IMG/VR virus record: IMGVR_UViG_3300032285_001177
From: a virus
Reading direction: 5' to 3' (one strand)
Length of the DNA: 64,000 nt
Shown in pieces: positions 60,997 to 64,000 of this stretch. The notes beneath the pieces were generated by a model that was not told the origin of the DNA, searched no databases, and was given only the letters and a program-made list of their open reading frames with translations. A program made the translations under genes and the position numbers. The stretch's first letter is position 1; each line of letters opens with the position of its first letter.

Positions 60997-62840
60997 TAGT
61001 TTCTACTTGAGGTGAATTTATAGTTAGCTCCTCCAGCTGGATCACCAACTGAAACCTTATCAAGTACCATAGTAACATTAATCATGCTATCTGGGATAGT
61101 TACTAGTTGGTTACGCACTGATACCACATCGTTTGATTGTGGTTTAATGATTAGTTCAAAGATGCCACCATTTGTTTGGTCTACGCCAGTAATCTCAAGC
61201 GAGTCCATAGTTATTGTGCCCATAGTATAATCTATAGTGCCAAATGTTCTATAGTATGTCTTGATGTCGATATCATAGTAGTACATCTTTAAAACACCAG
61301 TAGTTAAAGATGTTGGGCTATCTTCAAGGTACATTAAGTTTGTGTTGCCTTGTACATAGAAACCTGTTGATGTCACTGAGTTTTCTGCAACACCTGAATT
61401 ATAGATTGGGTTGCCAAGGTATACAGTATAGTTTGCATTAGCATTATACTTAACTTCTACTTCTCTATGAAGTTTTAATGTAGTGATGTTACTAACTATC
61501 GAAGCTTCTGTTGCATCGATCTTAGATGATAGGTTTGATTGTCTAAACACACCACTAAATGACTGTAAGTTTTGAGTATTATAGTCAGTAATAGTTTGAT
61601 GAACCAATGTTTGTAGTTCAGACTCTGACATACCAGTTAAACGCGGGTTATAGTATGCAGTAGTATTGATTTCAAGTCTAATATACTCTGGATCAACTAT
61701 AACTGGAGTAATTGATACAACGTTCTTTTGTTTTAATAGTTGGTTTATGATGAAAGACTTTTGTTCAGTAGTCAATACATCTGTTGTGGTAGGCTTGATA
61801 GACAAGAATACGCGACCATATTGTGGAGGAACATTGTCTTCTCCACCCCATACATTAACGCTCTCTGCTTCTGGATAAGTACGATAGATAAGTGCCTTAT
61901 AGTCCTCAACAGTTACCGCTCTGTTTTGTGATGAGTAAGCTCTTGGAGCATTGTATCTGATTGAATCGATAGACTCGATCTCAGCTCCTAATACTGCAGG
62001 TGTTAGGGTTGTTACTGATACAACTCCACCTAATAGAGTTGAACCTGTATAGTTAAATACCCTTGCGCCGTTTGCGGCAGCTTTGTTAGTAACCATATAA
62101 GACATGTTTACTATGTTGCCGTTAACTAAAGCTTTACCGATCACATCATTGCCGAACTCTAACTCATAGAGTTTACCTTCTATCTCTTTGATGAAGTATA
62201 CTTGTGATGTGCCATCAAGGTTTAGGATATCTTCTTGGTTGATCCATGAATTGTATGTAGCAGATGTAGCATTGTCTTGTACACGAACGTTAAGAGTTGT
62301 TAAGTCTACATCGGCATTTGGGATAGTGTATACGGTTCCAGGTGATACCACATATTGCATCGATAGCGGTGTACCTTCACGTATTTGTATATTTGCAAAC
62401 GTGTACTTGCCATTAACTAATGATGTTTGTACAGCTTCTGTATTATAGAACGTATAGTTTGTACCATCGATAGTAGTAGAGAATGCACTATATGCTGGTA
62501 AAGATAATACTGCAGGGGTTGTAGTCGTGCTACTAACAACGATAGTTACAGTTGCTGTTGCAGCTGTAGCTGAATGAGGAACGTACCCGATTTCTTTAGC
62601 CCTTGAAACGACGCTTGATCGTTTGCTGGCAGAATCCAAGAAAGATTCATTGACAGCTAAGTTTGTATATAGAGCGTTGTAATGGGTATTGTATGCAAGT
62701 AAGTCAAGCAACACGGATAAACCGGCACCCTCAAAGTCATAGTCTTTAAATGTATCTTGACCCTGTAAGAATGTTTTTAAGTTTGCCTTAATCGCATCAA
62801 AGTCCAACTCAGATGTTGTTATGTTTTTGTTTGTAGCCAT
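60996..62840 (-). CDS. gp6: Baseplate wedge subunit
   Basis: ELDFDAIKANLKTFL, DYDFEGAGLSVLLDLLAYNTHYNA, ESFLDSA, QNRAVTVEDY, WGGEDNVPPQYGRVFLSIKP. Confidence 0.96.
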   Translation of the reverse strand: MATNKNITTSELDFDAIKANLKTFLQGQDTFKDYDFEGAGLSVLLDLLAYNTHYNALYTNLAVNESFLDSASKRSSVVSRAKEIGYVPHSATAATATVTIVVSSTTTTPAVLSLPAYSAFSTTIDGTNYTFYNTEAVQTSLVNGKYTFANIQIREGTPLSMQYVVSPGTVYTIPNADVDLTTLNVRVQDNATSATYNSWINQEDILNLDGTSQVYFIKEIEGKLYELEFGNDVIGKALVNGNIVNMSYMVTNKAAANGARVFNYTGSTLLGGVVSVTTLTPAVLGAEIESIDSIRYNAPRAYSSQNRAVTVEDYKALIYRTYPEAESVNVWGGEDNVPPQYGRVFLSIKPTTTDVLTTEQKSFIINQLLKQKNVVSITPVIVDPEYIRLEINTTAYYNPRLTGMSESELQTLVHQTITDYNTQNLQSFSGVFRQSNLSSKIDATEASIVSNITTLKLHREVEVKYNANANYTVYLGNPIYNSGVAENSVTSTGFYVQGNTNLMYLEDSPTSLTTGVLKMYYYDIDIKTYYRTFGTIDYTMGTITMDSLEITGVDQTNGGIFELIIKPQSNDVVSVRNQLVTIPDSMINVTMVLDKVSVGDPAGGANYKFTSSRN

Positions 62841-63232
62841 TATCGTGATCTCGTAAGAATTAAATCAACCTGCTGTGGTCGAGTTGTGTTTATTATAGTA
62901 AAGTATATCGACACATAGACTTCATAGTTATCAGGTGATACTGTTACCACTACATCGTTAAGCTTAACTCTTGGTTCAAAGTTAACGATCGTATCTGTGA
63001 TAGCTCTCTTGAGCATGATATCTAGCATAGGCGTTGCGTTCTCAAACAACAAGCCTCTTATCTGAGAACCTATCTCAGAATGGAATGGTCTCTCATAGTT
63101 TTGTGTAAGCACAAGGTTCCTTACTGAAGCCTTAATAGCTTGATCATCATACTTAAGGACAACATCATGCGTGACAGGATGCATACCAAAGTTTAGGTCG
63201 ATATCAGAGAATGTTCTTGTGCTGCGTGCCAT
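62840..63232 (-). CDS. gp25: Baseplate wedge subunit
   Basis: FSDIDLNF, AIKASVRNLVLT..YERPF, NFEPRV. Confidence 0.95.
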   Translation of the reverse strand: MARSTRTFSDIDLNFGMHPVTHDVVLKYDDQAIKASVRNLVLTQNYERPFHSEIGSQIRGLLFENATPMLDIMLKRAITDTIVNFEPRVKLNDVVVTVSPDNYEVYVSIYFTIINTTRPQQVDLILTRSR

Positions 63233-63837
63233 TATACTCTAAACCAGAGGTCTCCGTTAACATACCCAACGGTTGATGAAGGAGCTACTGTACTAATAGT
63301 TCCAACTAATTTTGGTCCTGTTGCACCAGGATTACTTGCCAATGTTATACGCCAATCAGCTGCAGTTGCTGTACCATTGACAAAGTCAAAGTTTATAATC
63401 ATCGTAGTAGTAACGTATGATGTTATAGCACCTTCCATAAAATTGGTTGGTGTAGCATTACTATAAACTCTAACACGGCCACCAACTGGATATGCAGTTT
63501 GCGATGTATCTGTATTAACAGTAAAAGTTTTAGAACCAGTACTTATAGTTTGTGATGTCGCAGAAGTTAAGACAGTGTATCCAATACCTGTTGCACCTAC
63601 AACACCTGGTAAACCAGTAGATCCTGTTAAACCTGTACTTCCGGTTGGACCTTGTAAACCGGTTGAACCTGTTAAACCAGTTGAACCGACTAAACCCGTA
63701 CTTCCGGTCGGTCCTGTTAAACCTGTACTTCCTATTGGACCTTGTAAACCGGTAGAACCCACTGGTCCTGTAGAACCAGTCGCTCCGATTGCTCCAGCTA
63801 ATGCTGCTGAATTGATTGAACTTAAATTAATAGCCAT
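63232..63837 (-). CDS. Short collagen-like protein (GST-rich) between gp5.4 and gp25
   Basis: G-X-Y tract dominated by GSTG, then [17 protein letters not shown] module, ends NGDLWF. Confidence 0.75.
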   Translation of the reverse strand: MAINLSSINSAALAGAIGATGSTGPVGSTGLQGPIGSTGLTGPTGSTGLVGSTGLTGSTGLQGPTGSTGLTGSTGLPGVVGATGIGYTVLTSATSQTISTGSKTFTVNTDTSQTAYPVGGRVRVYSNATPTNFMEGAITSYVTTTMIINFDFVNGTATAADWRITLASNPGATGPKLVGTISTVAPSSTVGYVNGDLWFRV

Positions 63838-63841
63838 ATGT

Positions 63842-63849
63842 TATTTATA
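63842..63849 (-). promoter_or_regulatory. Late promoter box upstream of 63232..63837
   Basis: Exact TATAAATA, only 4 nt from the ATG. Confidence 0.6.
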
Positions 63850-63853
63850 CTCA

Positions 63854-64000
63854 CTATCCAAAAAATACATTATGCGAACCTTGTGCAGAGACAGACCCGC
63901 ACGAGATCTCATCACCTATACGAGTTACACCTTTACCGTTTACAAATACCTTTGATGATACTGTCTTTGATACACCATCATGACAGATGATCGTACAGCA
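63854..64000 (-). CDS. gp5.4: PAAR-repeat spike tip protein, C-terminal part
   Basis: Manual translation CCTIICHDGVSKTVSSKVFVNGKGVTRIGDEISCGSVSAQGSHNVFFG*; VFVNG..V.RIGD..SCG....GS.NVF is the PAAR pattern. Not in the ORF track. Confidence 0.9.
   Translation of the reverse strand, partial: CCTIICHDGVSKTVSSKVFVNGKGVTRIGDEISCGSVSAQGSHNVFFG

Overview
The window is a 64-kb piece of a T4-like (Tevenvirinae/Kyanoviridae-style) myovirus virion-morphogenesis region. All credible genes are on the minus strand and are punctuated by T4-type late promoters (TATAAATA/NATAAATA). In transcription order: PAAR spike tip (gp5.4, partial, missed by the ORF track), a small collagen-like gene, gp25, gp6, gp7-like, a 237-aa baseplate gene, gp8, a 1788-aa VrlC-like protein, then about 37 kb of fibre, collagen-like, lectin-like and glycine-rich genes, two multidomain glycan enzymes (GT2-like + HtrL/YibB-like; GT4 + SAM methyltransferase), and gp13-14-15-17-18-19-20 with small prohead genes. 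No gp16 lies between gp15 and gp17. The main unexplained signal is a protein-level tetrapeptide G-A-[T/S]-G (also GSTG). It fills proline-poor collagen tracts and also appears as single or double copies in non-collagen virion proteins, including the gp7-like and VrlC-like proteins, yet I found none in three Gly/Ala/Thr-rich adhesin-like proteins. The adjacent glycosyltransferase/methyltransferase pair has its own sigma70-type promoter. Together these suggest a phage-encoded, sequon-directed virion O-glycosylation system. That interpretation is inference, not demonstrated. All family assignments are from motif recognition and synteny; no database search was run, and counts are by eye.
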